64,000 bases of DNA, taken from Alphaproteobacteria bacterium. Its GTDB lineage: Bacteria; Pseudomonadota; Alphaproteobacteria; Caulobacterales; Hyphomonadaceae. The translations under genes were made by a program, and so were the position numbers. A model generated the notes under the pieces. The model was not told the origin of the DNA. It did no database searches and saw only the letters and a program-made list of their open reading frames with translations. The stretch covers positions 35,314 to 99,313 of the forward strand of contig JANMWT010000371.1 in assembly GCA_031394145.1 (NCBI GenBank). Direction: 5' to 3'. The stretch's first letter is position 1. Every line of letters begins with the position of its first letter. This document shows positions 28,484-38,315 of this stretch, one piece after another.

Positions 28484-30204
28484 CGCCGGACAAGACGGCG
28501 GATGCAGCGGCGGCCAACTCGAGGCCGAAGGGCGGCGCCAAGCCGTCGATCTTCAATGACCGACGCCGGCTGTCGATGCTGCTGCTCGGCATTTCCTCGG
28601 GCTTGCCTTTCACTGTCGTGGTCGGCACGCTGGCGGCCTGGTTCACCGCAGCGCACATCTCGACCACCACGATCGGCGTCTTGTCCTGGTCTGCGCTGTC
28701 TTACTCGTTCAACTTCCTCTGGTCGCCGGTCATGCATCGCACCATCGCTCCGGTGTTCGGACGCATGGGGCTGCGACGCGGCTGGTTCGTGCCGCTGCAG
28801 GCGCTGATCTCGCTCTGCATGCTTGGCTTCTCGACGCTCGATCCGAAGACCGGCCTGCTTGGTATTGCGGCGCTGGCGGTGGCGGCATCCTTCCTGTCGG
28901 CGACGTTCGACATTGTCGTCAACGCCTGGAGGATCGAGACGGCGAAGAACGGCGATGACGTCAATGCGCTGTCGACGCTTTATCAGGCGGGCTATCGCTC
29001 GTCGGCCTTTATCGGCGGAGCAGGGGCGCTGATCGCCTCTGATCACATCGGCTGGCCCTTCACGCTTGTCGTGCTCGCTCTGGTCATGCTGTGCACCATC
29101 GGCGGCTCGGTCATCGCCCCCGAACCGCCGCGCCCGGATGCGGCTGAAGCCAAGGCGATCAAGGGCGAAGCCGACAAGATGGCGGCGACCTTCTCGACCG
29201 AATGGCGCAACCTGATTGTCGTCATCGTGCTGATCGGCTGGGCGTGGGCGTTCTGGACGCTCGGCTCGTTCATGATCGATGCGATCCAGCACCCCGAAAC
29301 CGCCAAGGCCGGCGCATTCACCAAGGCGTATGGCCCCTGGATCGTGTTCGTCACCGTGCTGCTTCCGGCGCTGGGGTCGATCTGGTTGTTGCGGATGCGG
29401 GCAAAACCGATCGCTCTCGGCTTGCCCGCGCTGCCGGCAAAAGCCCAGGCGATCGCCAACACGCTGTTCGGGGCCGTGGTCGAACCGTTGACTGAGCTGA
29501 TCAGCCGCAAGCGCTGGTCGGCGCTGCTGGCGCTGGGGTTGATTCTTTCCTTCATGTTCCCGGTCTCGATCTGGGCGTCCTTCGCCTATCCGTTCTACAT
29601 GGGCGACAAGGGCGGCGCGCTCGGTCACACCGCGACCGAGGTCGCGCTGGCCTCCAAGATCATCGGCGTTCTCGCCACCATCGCCGGCGTCGCCGGCGGC
29701 GGCGTGGTGCTCAAAGTGCTGGGGCGCAATCTCGCGCTGGTGGTCGGCGCGGCCGGCACGGCGCTGGCCTGTCTCTTGTTCGCCGATCTGGCGTCGGGCG
29801 CACCGGTGATCGATGGCTTCTTGAATTTCACCCATCTCGGCGATCTCTTCCGCCTGGTGGGGCTCAATCAGTCCATGGCGCGGCTGTGCACGGCGATCAC
29901 GCTCGAGAACATGACGGTGGGCGCCGCTGGCGTGGTTTACGTCGCCTTCCTGACGTCGATCGTGAACCCGAAATACGCGGCGGTTCAGTATGCGTTGCTG
30001 GGATCGCTCACCATGCTGGTGGGCCAGCTCGGTCGGCCGGCGCTGGGCGCGCTGATCGACGAGCAGGGCTTCACGCCGGCCTTCTTGTTCGCCGCCTCGC
30101 TGGGCGTGGTTCCCGTGATCCTCTCGATCGGCGAATGGATCCGCAATGCGCGCCTGCCCAAGCCCGACGCACCGCTCGAGGCCGAGCCGACAGCGGCAGA
30201 GTAG
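28480..30204 (+). CDS. ampG: AmpG-family muropeptide MFS permease
   Basis: MLLLGISSGLPF, NFLWSP and 12-14 TM. The ATGA overlap with the kinase stop indicates translational coupling. Confidence 0.85.
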   Translation: MTPDKTADAAAANSRPKGGAKPSIFNDRRRLSMLLLGISSGLPFTVVVGTLAAWFTAAHISTTTIGVLSWSALSYSFNFLWSPVMHRTIAPVFGRMGLRRGWFVPLQALISLCMLGFSTLDPKTGLLGIAALAVAASFLSATFDIVVNAWRIETAKNGDDVNALSTLYQAGYRSSAFIGGAGALIASDHIGWPFTLVVLALVMLCTIGGSVIAPEPPRPDAAEAKAIKGEADKMAATFSTEWRNLIVVIVLIGWAWAFWTLGSFMIDAIQHPETAKAGAFTKAYGPWIVFVTVLLPALGSIWLLRMRAKPIALGLPALPAKAQAIANTLFGAVVEPLTELISRKRWSALLALGLILSFMFPVSIWASFAYPFYMGDKGGALGHTATEVALASKIIGVLATIAGVAGGGVVLKVLGRNLALVVGAAGTALACLLFADLASGAPVIDGFLNFTHLGDLFRLVGLNQSMARLCTAITLENMTVGAAGVVYVAFLTSIVNPKYAAVQYALLGSLTMLVGQLGRPALGALIDEQGFTPAFLFAASLGVVPVILSIGEWIRNARLPKPDAPLEAEPTAAE

Positions 30205-30209
30205 GCGCT

Positions 30210-32480
<2,271 letters not shown>

Positions 32481-32525
32481 GGTCTCAACAGGCTTGAGGT
32501 CGGGCGGACTCGTCGACAGGGCATT

Positions 32526-32555
32526 GGCCGGCTAGTCAGGGGCCGGCTAGTCAGG
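32526..32555. repeat. tandem repeat 2 x 15 bp (ggccggctagtcagg)
   Basis: Identical units at 32526 and 32541 in the maeB/mutS divergent spacer. Confidence 0.9.
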
Positions 32556-32604
32556 GCGTCGCATATCGGATGACGTTAGGCTGGCGCGCATTCAGCCGCA
32601 AACG

Positions 32605-35379
32605 ATGATCGAATCAAGCATGAAGCAGGGTGGGACCCAGAAACCAGACGAGGACGCGCTTTTGGCGCAACGCCCGGATTCTGCTCAGGACACTGCCTCG
32701 GGCGATGCAATCCTTGCGCGATCGGTCGCTGGCGCGACGCCCTTCATGGCCCAGTACCTCGAAATGAAGGCGCGCCATCCCGACGCCCTCTTGTTCTTCC
32801 GGATGGGCGACTTCTACGAATTGTTCTTCGAGGATGCGATCAAGGCGGCCCAATCGCTCGATATCGCCCAGACCCATCGCGGCGTTCACAATGGCCAACC
32901 CATCCCGATGGCCGGGGTTCCGGCCCATTCGGCGGAGACCTATCTCGCCCGCCTGATCCGCAAAGGCCATCGCGTCGCGGTGTGCGAACAGGTCGAAGAC
33001 CCCGCCGAGGCGAGGAAGCGCGGCGCCAAGGCGGTTGTCCGGCGCGAGATCGTGCGGGTGGTGACGCCGGGCACGATCACCGAGGAGGCGCTGCTGGAGC
33101 CTCGCCTCGCCAATTGCCTTGCCGCCATCGGGATCGCTGCGGGCGGGCGCGAGGCAGGGGTGGCGCTGGCCGACGTCTCGACCGGGCGCCTGGAAGTGTT
33201 CGCGGTGGCGACCAGCGACCTTGCCGAGGCGCTCGGCGCCGTCCTGCCCGGCGAGGTCCTCGTCGCCGAGAGCGCCTCGACGCAGGCCGAGGTCGCACAG
33301 GCGCTGGTCGGCCTTACGGTCACCTCGCGTCCCGATGCGCGGGCGGACGCACGCGCCGGCGAAAGGCTGATGAAGGCAGCTTACGGCGTTTCGACCCTCG
33401 ACGGCTTCGGGTCGTTCGATCGCGCCGAGCTGATCGCCTGTGCGCTGTTGTTCGACTATCTTGCCCTGACCCAGGCAGGCGGCGCAGCCCGGCTCGATCC
33501 GCCGACGCGCACGGCGCCGGACGCCTTCTTGTCGATCGACCCCGCGACCCGTGCGAGCCTCGAGATCGAGCGGTCTTCGCGCGGCCAGCGGCAGGGGTCG
33601 CTGGTCGCCACGGTTGACCGGACGATCACAGCGGCGGGCGCCCGCCTGCTGGCGGCGCGGATCGGCCGCCCTTTGCGCGACCGGCCAGAAATTGAACGCC
33701 GGCTCGACGCCGTCGCTTATTTTCTCGACGCCGCAGATCGCCGCGATCTCGTGCGCGACACGCTCAAGCGGGCAGGCGACCTTGAGCGCGCCCGGATGCG
33801 GCTCACGCTTCGCCGCGGCGGCCCACGCGACCTTGCGGCGCTGGCGGGATGTCTTGCGGTTGGCGAACAGCTGGCCTTGGCTCTGTCGCCCGAGCGCGGT
33901 GGCCTGCCGTCGGAAATCGCCGCCGCCTGCGCGCTCCTGGCGCTTGCCGGCAAGCCGCGCCTCGCGGCTTTTTCGGCCGATGTCGCGCGCGCGCTCGCGC
34001 CCGAGCCTCCGGTCACGCCGCGCGAGGGCGGCTTCATTGCCGCGGGCTTCGATCCCGCGCTCGATGAGGTGCGGACGCTGCGCGAGGATGCGCGCGGCGT
34101 GATTGCGCGACTGCAGGCGCACTATGCAGCGCAGACCGAGATTGCCGGCCTGCGGATCAAGCACAACAATGTCCTGGGCTATTTCATCGAGGTGGCGGCC
34201 AAGCACGGCGAGACGCTGATGAAACCGCCCTACGCTGCGACCTTCATTCATCGCCAGACCATGGCCAATGCCGCGCGCTTCGCCACCCCGGAGCTATCCG
34301 AACTCGAAGCCCGGATTTCCCGCGCCGAGGGCGAAGCGGTGGCTCGCGAACTCGAGATCTTCAATCGCCTGGTCGCCGAGGCTGACGCGCTCGGGCCAGA
34401 GCTGGCTCTCGCCGCCGACGCGCTGGCGCGCCTGGACGTGGCGACCGGCAATGCCGAGTGGTCGGCCGAGGCCTTCTGCGTGCGGCCGGAGCTTGCCGAT
34501 GTCCCGGTGTTTGCGGTCGAGGGCGCCCGCCATCCGGTGGTCGAGGCGGCGCTGCGTCGAACCGGTGAAGGGTTTACCGCCAATGACTGCCGGCTGGACG
34601 CGCGCGGCGAGGACGGCCCGCGGCTGCAATTGATCACCGGTCCCAACATGGCCGGCAAGTCGACCTATCTCCGCCAGAACATGCTGCTCACCGTGTTGGC
34701 GCAGGCGGGGTGCTTTGTGCCGGCGCGGTCGTTCCAGCTTGGCCTCGCCGACCGGATCTATTCGCGCGTCGGCGCCTCTGACGATCTGGCGCGCGGACGC
34801 TCGACCTTTATGGTCGAGATGATCGAGACGGCGGCGATCCTCAATCAGGCGACGGCGAACTCGATCGTCATCCTCGACGAGGTGGGCAGGGGAACCTCGA
34901 CGTGGGATGGCCTCGCGATTGCCTGGGCGACGGTCGAGCACCTGCACGAAGTCAACCAGTGCCGGGCGCTGTTTGCGACACACTATCACGAGTTGACCGG
35001 GCTCGCCGAGACGCTGGGCCATTGCGCCAACGCCAGCCTGCGCGCTCAGGAATGGGGCGGCGATCTTGTGTTTCTCCATGAAGTGAAGCCCGGTCCGGCC
35101 GACCGTTCCTATGGCGTCCAGGTGGCGAAGCTGGCCGGCTTGCCGGCCGCCGCAGTGAAGCGCGCCGAGGCCGTGCTGAAGCGTCTGGAGGCAAAGGACC
35201 TCTCGGGAAAGCGGCTCGAAGACCTCCCGCTGTTCGCCGGTTTCGCCGAAGCCGCAGCGTCGATCTACGAACCCAGCGAGGCCGACCGGATGCTGGCCGC
35301 GCTCGACCCGGATGCGCTGACGCCGAAGGAGGCGCTGGAGCTGATCTATCGCCTGAAAGAGGCGGCGCGCCGGAGCTGA
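32605..35379 (+). CDS. mutS: DNA mismatch repair protein MutS
   Basis: PFMAQYLEMKARHPDALLFFRMGDFYELFFEDA, Walker A GPNMAGKST, DEVGRGTSTWDGLAIA, THYHEL. Confidence 0.96.
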   Translation: MIESSMKQGGTQKPDEDALLAQRPDSAQDTASGDAILARSVAGATPFMAQYLEMKARHPDALLFFRMGDFYELFFEDAIKAAQSLDIAQTHRGVHNGQPIPMAGVPAHSAETYLARLIRKGHRVAVCEQVEDPAEARKRGAKAVVRREIVRVVTPGTITEEALLEPRLANCLAAIGIAAGGREAGVALADVSTGRLEVFAVATSDLAEALGAVLPGEVLVAESASTQAEVAQALVGLTVTSRPDARADARAGERLMKAAYGVSTLDGFGSFDRAELIACALLFDYLALTQAGGAARLDPPTRTAPDAFLSIDPATRASLEIERSSRGQRQGSLVATVDRTITAAGARLLAARIGRPLRDRPEIERRLDAVAYFLDAADRRDLVRDTLKRAGDLERARMRLTLRRGGPRDLAALAGCLAVGEQLALALSPERGGLPSEIAAACALLALAGKPRLAAFSADVARALAPEPPVTPREGGFIAAGFDPALDEVRTLREDARGVIARLQAHYAAQTEIAGLRIKHNNVLGYFIEVAAKHGETLMKPPYAATFIHRQTMANAARFATPELSELEARISRAEGEAVARELEIFNRLVAEADALGPELALAADALARLDVATGNAEWSAEAFCVRPELADVPVFAVEGARHPVVEAALRRTGEGFTANDCRLDARGEDGPRLQLITGPNMAGKSTYLRQNMLLTVLAQAGCFVPARSFQLGLADRIYSRVGASDDLARGRSTFMVEMIETAAILNQATANSIVILDEVGRGTSTWDGLAIAWATVEHLHEVNQCRALFATHYHELTGLAETLGHCANASLRAQEWGGDLVFLHEVKPGPADRSYGVQVAKLAGLPAAAVKRAEAVLKRLEAKDLSGKRLEDLPLFAGFAEAAASIYEPSEADRMLAALDPDALTPKEALELIYRLKEAARRS

Positions 35380-35427
35380 CAACCGTTTGCTTCAGCGATC
35401 GCCGGGGTGTGGTGGAAAAATCCAAGC

Positions 35428-35533
35428 ACTGGTAATTATCGCCACATTTGCGGCGGCGCTCGCCTCAATTGGTAAACCGGTTTGTGGCGATTTCTAAAAA
35501 TAACTTGCTTAAACAAAGCAGTAATTGGTAAAC
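35428..35533 (+). promoter_or_regulatory. cluster of repeated motifs upstream of the sigma-54 promoter (candidate activator/IHF sites)
   Basis: Inverted repeat ATCGCCACA (35438-35446) / TGTGGCGAT (35483-35491). Direct repeat aattggtaaac at 35467-35477 and 35523-33, and a third tggtaat at 35429-35435. The stretch is locally AT-rich in an otherwise GC-rich window. Confidence 0.35.
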
Positions 35534-35539
35534 AAAAAC

Positions 35540-35555
35540 TGGCATGAGGGTTGCA
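35540..35555 (+). promoter_or_regulatory. candidate sigma-54 (RpoN) -24/-12 promoter
   Basis: TGGCAT-gaggg-TTGCA against consensus TGGCAC-N5-TTGCW. GG at 35541-42, GC at 35553-54, correct 12-nt register. About 70 nt upstream of the small ORF. Confidence 0.55.
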
Positions 35556-35623
35556 AATAAGCTCTTTGTCGGCGGATCGATCTGAATGCAGACGGTCCAG
35601 ACCGAACGACAAGGAGAACTCCC

Positions 35624-35749
35624 ATGAAGGGCCTGATCAATTTCCCCAATGCGGCCGACGTCGATTTCGCCGCCAGCTTGACCGTCGTCCTAGCGGTCGC
35701 CTCGGCGATGCTCTACGTGCTCGCCACCGGCTTTTCGGCCATCGTCTAG
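35624..35749 (+). CDS. unannotated 41-aa hydrophobic small protein
   Basis: ATG preceded by AAGGAG with a 7-nt spacer. Product is MKGLINFPNAADVDFAASLTVVLAVASAMLYVLATGFSAIV*, with one C-terminal TM. Below the 60-aa ORF-track cutoff. No family recognised. Confidence 0.4.
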   Translation: MKGLINFPNAADVDFAASLTVVLAVASAMLYVLATGFSAIV

Positions 35750-35828
35750 ACCCTCCTCCGGTCCGGCCGCCGCTCGCTTCGACCCGGCCGACCCTTCCCC
35801 CCCTCTCTCGACATTCTGTGACCCGAAA

Positions 35829-35854
35829 CGGCCGGCGGCTCCCCCCGCCGGCCG
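35829..35854. terminator. GC-rich hairpin between convergent small ORF and nadR
   Basis: 10-bp perfect stem cggccggcgg / ccgccggccg with a 6-nt loop. On the minus strand it is followed by TTTCGGG. No long U tract. Confidence 0.45.
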
Positions 35855-35864
35855 CCTCGCATTC

Positions 35865-35928
35865 AGGTCACGCCTTGGGTGGGTCACGGCTCGGGCGGGT
35901 CACGGCTCGGGCGGGTCACGCCTCGGCG
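35865..35928. repeat. tandem repeat about 4 x 16 bp (gggtcacggctcgggc)
   Basis: Units at 35865, 35881, 35897 and 35913. The last unit contains the nadR-like stop codon (35916-35918) and its final codons. Confidence 0.9.
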
Positions 35929-36914
35929 TGGAGCAGGGCCTCGATCGCCGCGATCGCGTCAGCCAGCCTCTGTTCATTCGATCCTCCGATCCGGACGATC
36001 CGCACGCCCCGCGCGACCAGCTCGCGCTCGCACGCCTGCTGAAATCGCCGACGAACCTCGGTATCGGCGAAATAGCGCGTGCCGTCGTTGACCCACGGCA
36101 TGTCGACGTCGCAGAGCAGGTAGAGATCAGGATAGTCACGATAGGCGGCGAACCAGGGATCGCGCGATCCGCAGAGCGCATCCGACCAGATCGCCGTCAG
36201 CACCGGATCGGTGTCTTCGATCAACACGCGATTGGCGTAAGGGCGCACCGCTTCGACGCCGGCGAGGTGGCCGGCGACGATCTGTCGGATGTCCTCCGCT
36301 GACGTCGCGCCGGAGCCAAAGGCTTCGGTGTGGAAGCGGCCGAATTCAGGCGCGACGACCGTGTCGAAGCGTTTCGCCAGAAGCGTCGCGAGCGTCGTCT
36401 TGCCTGTCGATTCGGCGCCGAACAGCGTCACGCGCTTGAGATAGTGTCGCCGCACCGGCGCGGGCAGGAGCGCCCAGTGGCCATAGGGATTGGCGCGCAC
36501 GGCTGTGCCCGAGACGGGAAAGGTCGTGCGGCCAATGTCCACCGGCACAAAGCGCGCGCCCGCCTCGGCGGCGAGACGGTGGCCATAGGTTTCGGATCCG
36601 AACACGATGTCGAGAGGCTCGGGATGGTGGCGTTTCATGACATCGCGCCAGATCGCCCAGAAGTTTTCGGGATCATCTTCCGGCGCTTGCGGCAGGTTCT
36701 CCTCGCAGTGAAGGACGCGGGCGTGCGGAAACATCTCGCGCATCCAGGCAAGGCGCAGAGCGCCCGGGACCGGATCACCGGGAAGGCTGCAGACCAGGAT
36801 CGTGAGGGTGTCGACATAGTGCTGGGCGAAGTCGCACAGATAGACATGGCCGAGGTGCGGCGGCATGAATTTGCCGAGCACGAAGCCGCGCCGCGGTTTG
36901 TCCAGGTAGCTCAT
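35916..36914 (-). CDS. nadR: NadR-type NMN adenylyltransferase / ribosylnicotinamide kinase (no HTH domain)
   Basis: HxGH-type GKFMPPHLGHVYL, P-loop GAESTGKTTLA. 332 aa starting directly with the adenylyltransferase domain. 4-nt overlap with pnuC. Confidence 0.82.
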   Translation of the reverse strand: MSYLDKPRRGFVLGKFMPPHLGHVYLCDFAQHYVDTLTILVCSLPGDPVPGALRLAWMREMFPHARVLHCEENLPQAPEDDPENFWAIWRDVMKRHHPEPLDIVFGSETYGHRLAAEAGARFVPVDIGRTTFPVSGTAVRANPYGHWALLPAPVRRHYLKRVTLFGAESTGKTTLATLLAKRFDTVVAPEFGRFHTEAFGSGATSAEDIRQIVAGHLAGVEAVRPYANRVLIEDTDPVLTAIWSDALCGSRDPWFAAYRDYPDLYLLCDVDMPWVNDGTRYFADTEVRRRFQQACERELVARGVRIVRIGGSNEQRLADAIAAIEALLHAEA

Positions 36915-37507
36915 GCAGCGGCCCGCTGGACCGTCTCAGCACGCATCGCCTTGCGCCACTCCCACCAGCCCCAGAAGGCGTTGAAGAAGAAGAAGACATA
37001 GAGCGCCGTGAATATCCAAAGGCCCTGCGTCGCGTACAGAATGACCGACGCGATGTTGACGGCCGTCCAGACGATCCAGGTCTCGAGCCGTTTACGGTCG
37101 AGCAGGAACTGGGCGACGACCGAGAGTGTGAAGGTGAGGCCGTCGATCATCGGCGTCGTCGTCGGCGTAAAGGCCTTCAGCACCGGGACGAGGGCGGCGG
37201 CAGTTGCGACGGCGGCGGCGCAGGCGCCGAGCCAGATCCATCGCGGCGTCGCGCGGATCGGCGGACGATGGCCCTTTGTCCCCTTGAGCCAGTACCACCA
37301 GCCGTAGACCTGCACGCCGACGAAGAAGACCTGCAGCGCCGCGTTGGCGTAGATGTGTCGCTGCCAGACGACGATGAAGAACAGCGCCGTGCCGACGATG
37401 CCGACGGGGAACTGCCACAGACTGCGCTTCACGCCGAGGATGACGCAGGCGAGCGTCACCAGCGTCGCGGCCAGCTCCAGGGGATTGATGTCCACGTGCG
37501 TCTCCAT
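36911..37507 (-). CDS. pnuC: nicotinamide riboside transporter PnuC
   Basis: 7 TM. WQFPVGIVG, GWWYWLKG, ETWIVWTAVNI. Confidence 0.9.
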   Translation of the reverse strand: METHVDINPLELAATLVTLACVILGVKRSLWQFPVGIVGTALFFIVVWQRHIYANAALQVFFVGVQVYGWWYWLKGTKGHRPPIRATPRWIWLGACAAAVATAAALVPVLKAFTPTTTPMIDGLTFTLSVVAQFLLDRKRLETWIVWTAVNIASVILYATQGLWIFTALYVFFFFNAFWGWWEWRKAMRAETVQRAAA

Positions 37508-37509
37508 CC

Positions 37510-37579
37510 CAGCTGGCCAGTCTCAGCTGGCCAGTCTCAGCGACCCAGTCTCAGCGACCCAGTCCCAGCCACCCAGTCC
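37510..37579. repeat. tandem repeat 5 x 14 bp (cagctggccagtct / cagcgacccagtct)
   Basis: Units at 37510, 37524, 37538, 37552 and 37566. Begins 3 nt upstream of the pnuC start codon, so it occupies the RBS/5' leader. Confidence 0.95.
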
Positions 37580-37738
37580 GGCGCCAAGGATGGGACGGAG
37601 GCTAATCGTCCGCGACTAAGGCAGGGTTAGCGCCGGTCGGGCAGGGTCAGCGTGGGCCGCGACACCGCTTGGGCGGCGCGAAGAGCGGGGAACTGATTCT
37701 GCGGCCAGCCATTCTGTCTCTAGAATGGAGACCTTGCG

Positions 37739-38053
37739 ATGCGTAAATCTCTCATAGCGGCGGGTGCCTTGGCGTGTTTGGCGATAGCCGGACCAAGTTT
37801 TGCCCGCGAGCGGACCGGCTATTACGACAGCCATCACCACTGGCATTCCTACCGGCAGGAAGCCGCAAAGGAGCGCTGCGAGCGAGCCCGGCAGAACGCG
37901 TCGAACAAGGGCGCGGTGATCGGCGGGGTCGGCGGGGCGGTGCTGGGAAGCGCGGTCGCAGGACATGGCGCCAAGACCGAAGGCGCGGCCGTCGGCGGCC
38001 TGGCCGGCGTGTTGACCGGTCGGCAGGTCGCGAAGAAAAATCACCGTTGCTAG
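37739..38053 (+). CDS. glycine-zipper (Rick_17kDa_Anti/SlyB-like) small secreted protein
   Basis: Signal peptide. GAVIGGVGGAVLGSAVAGHG...GAAVGGLAGVLTG glycine-zipper repeats. Confidence 0.7.
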   Translation: MRKSLIAAGALACLAIAGPSFARERTGYYDSHHHWHSYRQEAAKERCERARQNASNKGAVIGGVGGAVLGSAVAGHGAKTEGAAVGGLAGVLTGRQVAKKNHRC

Positions 38054-38079
38054 GGCCGTTGCTAGGGCCGTTGCTGGGC
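38044..38079. repeat. tandem repeat 3 x 12 bp (ccgttgctaggg) containing the stop codon
   Basis: Units at 38044, 38056 and 38068. In-frame TAG at 38051 and 38063, then TGA at 38081. Confidence 0.95.
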
Positions 38080-38315
38080 TTGAAATCGGCCAGGTCAGTG
38101 AGCCGTTAAAGGCAAGGACGCCGGGCAGGCGAAGGCCGTCGGCGGGGGCATGGCTTGCACCATCGGTGTCGGCCTCGGTGCGCCAGACTGAGCCACACTG
38201 ATTCTGCCGCACGAATTCAGCCACAATATCCGCGCGATCCGGCCACCGCATGATTGCTGTTTCTTCAGTCTTCCTGGGCATCCCCTAAGGCCAGGAATTG
38301 GTCTAGACAACGCCC

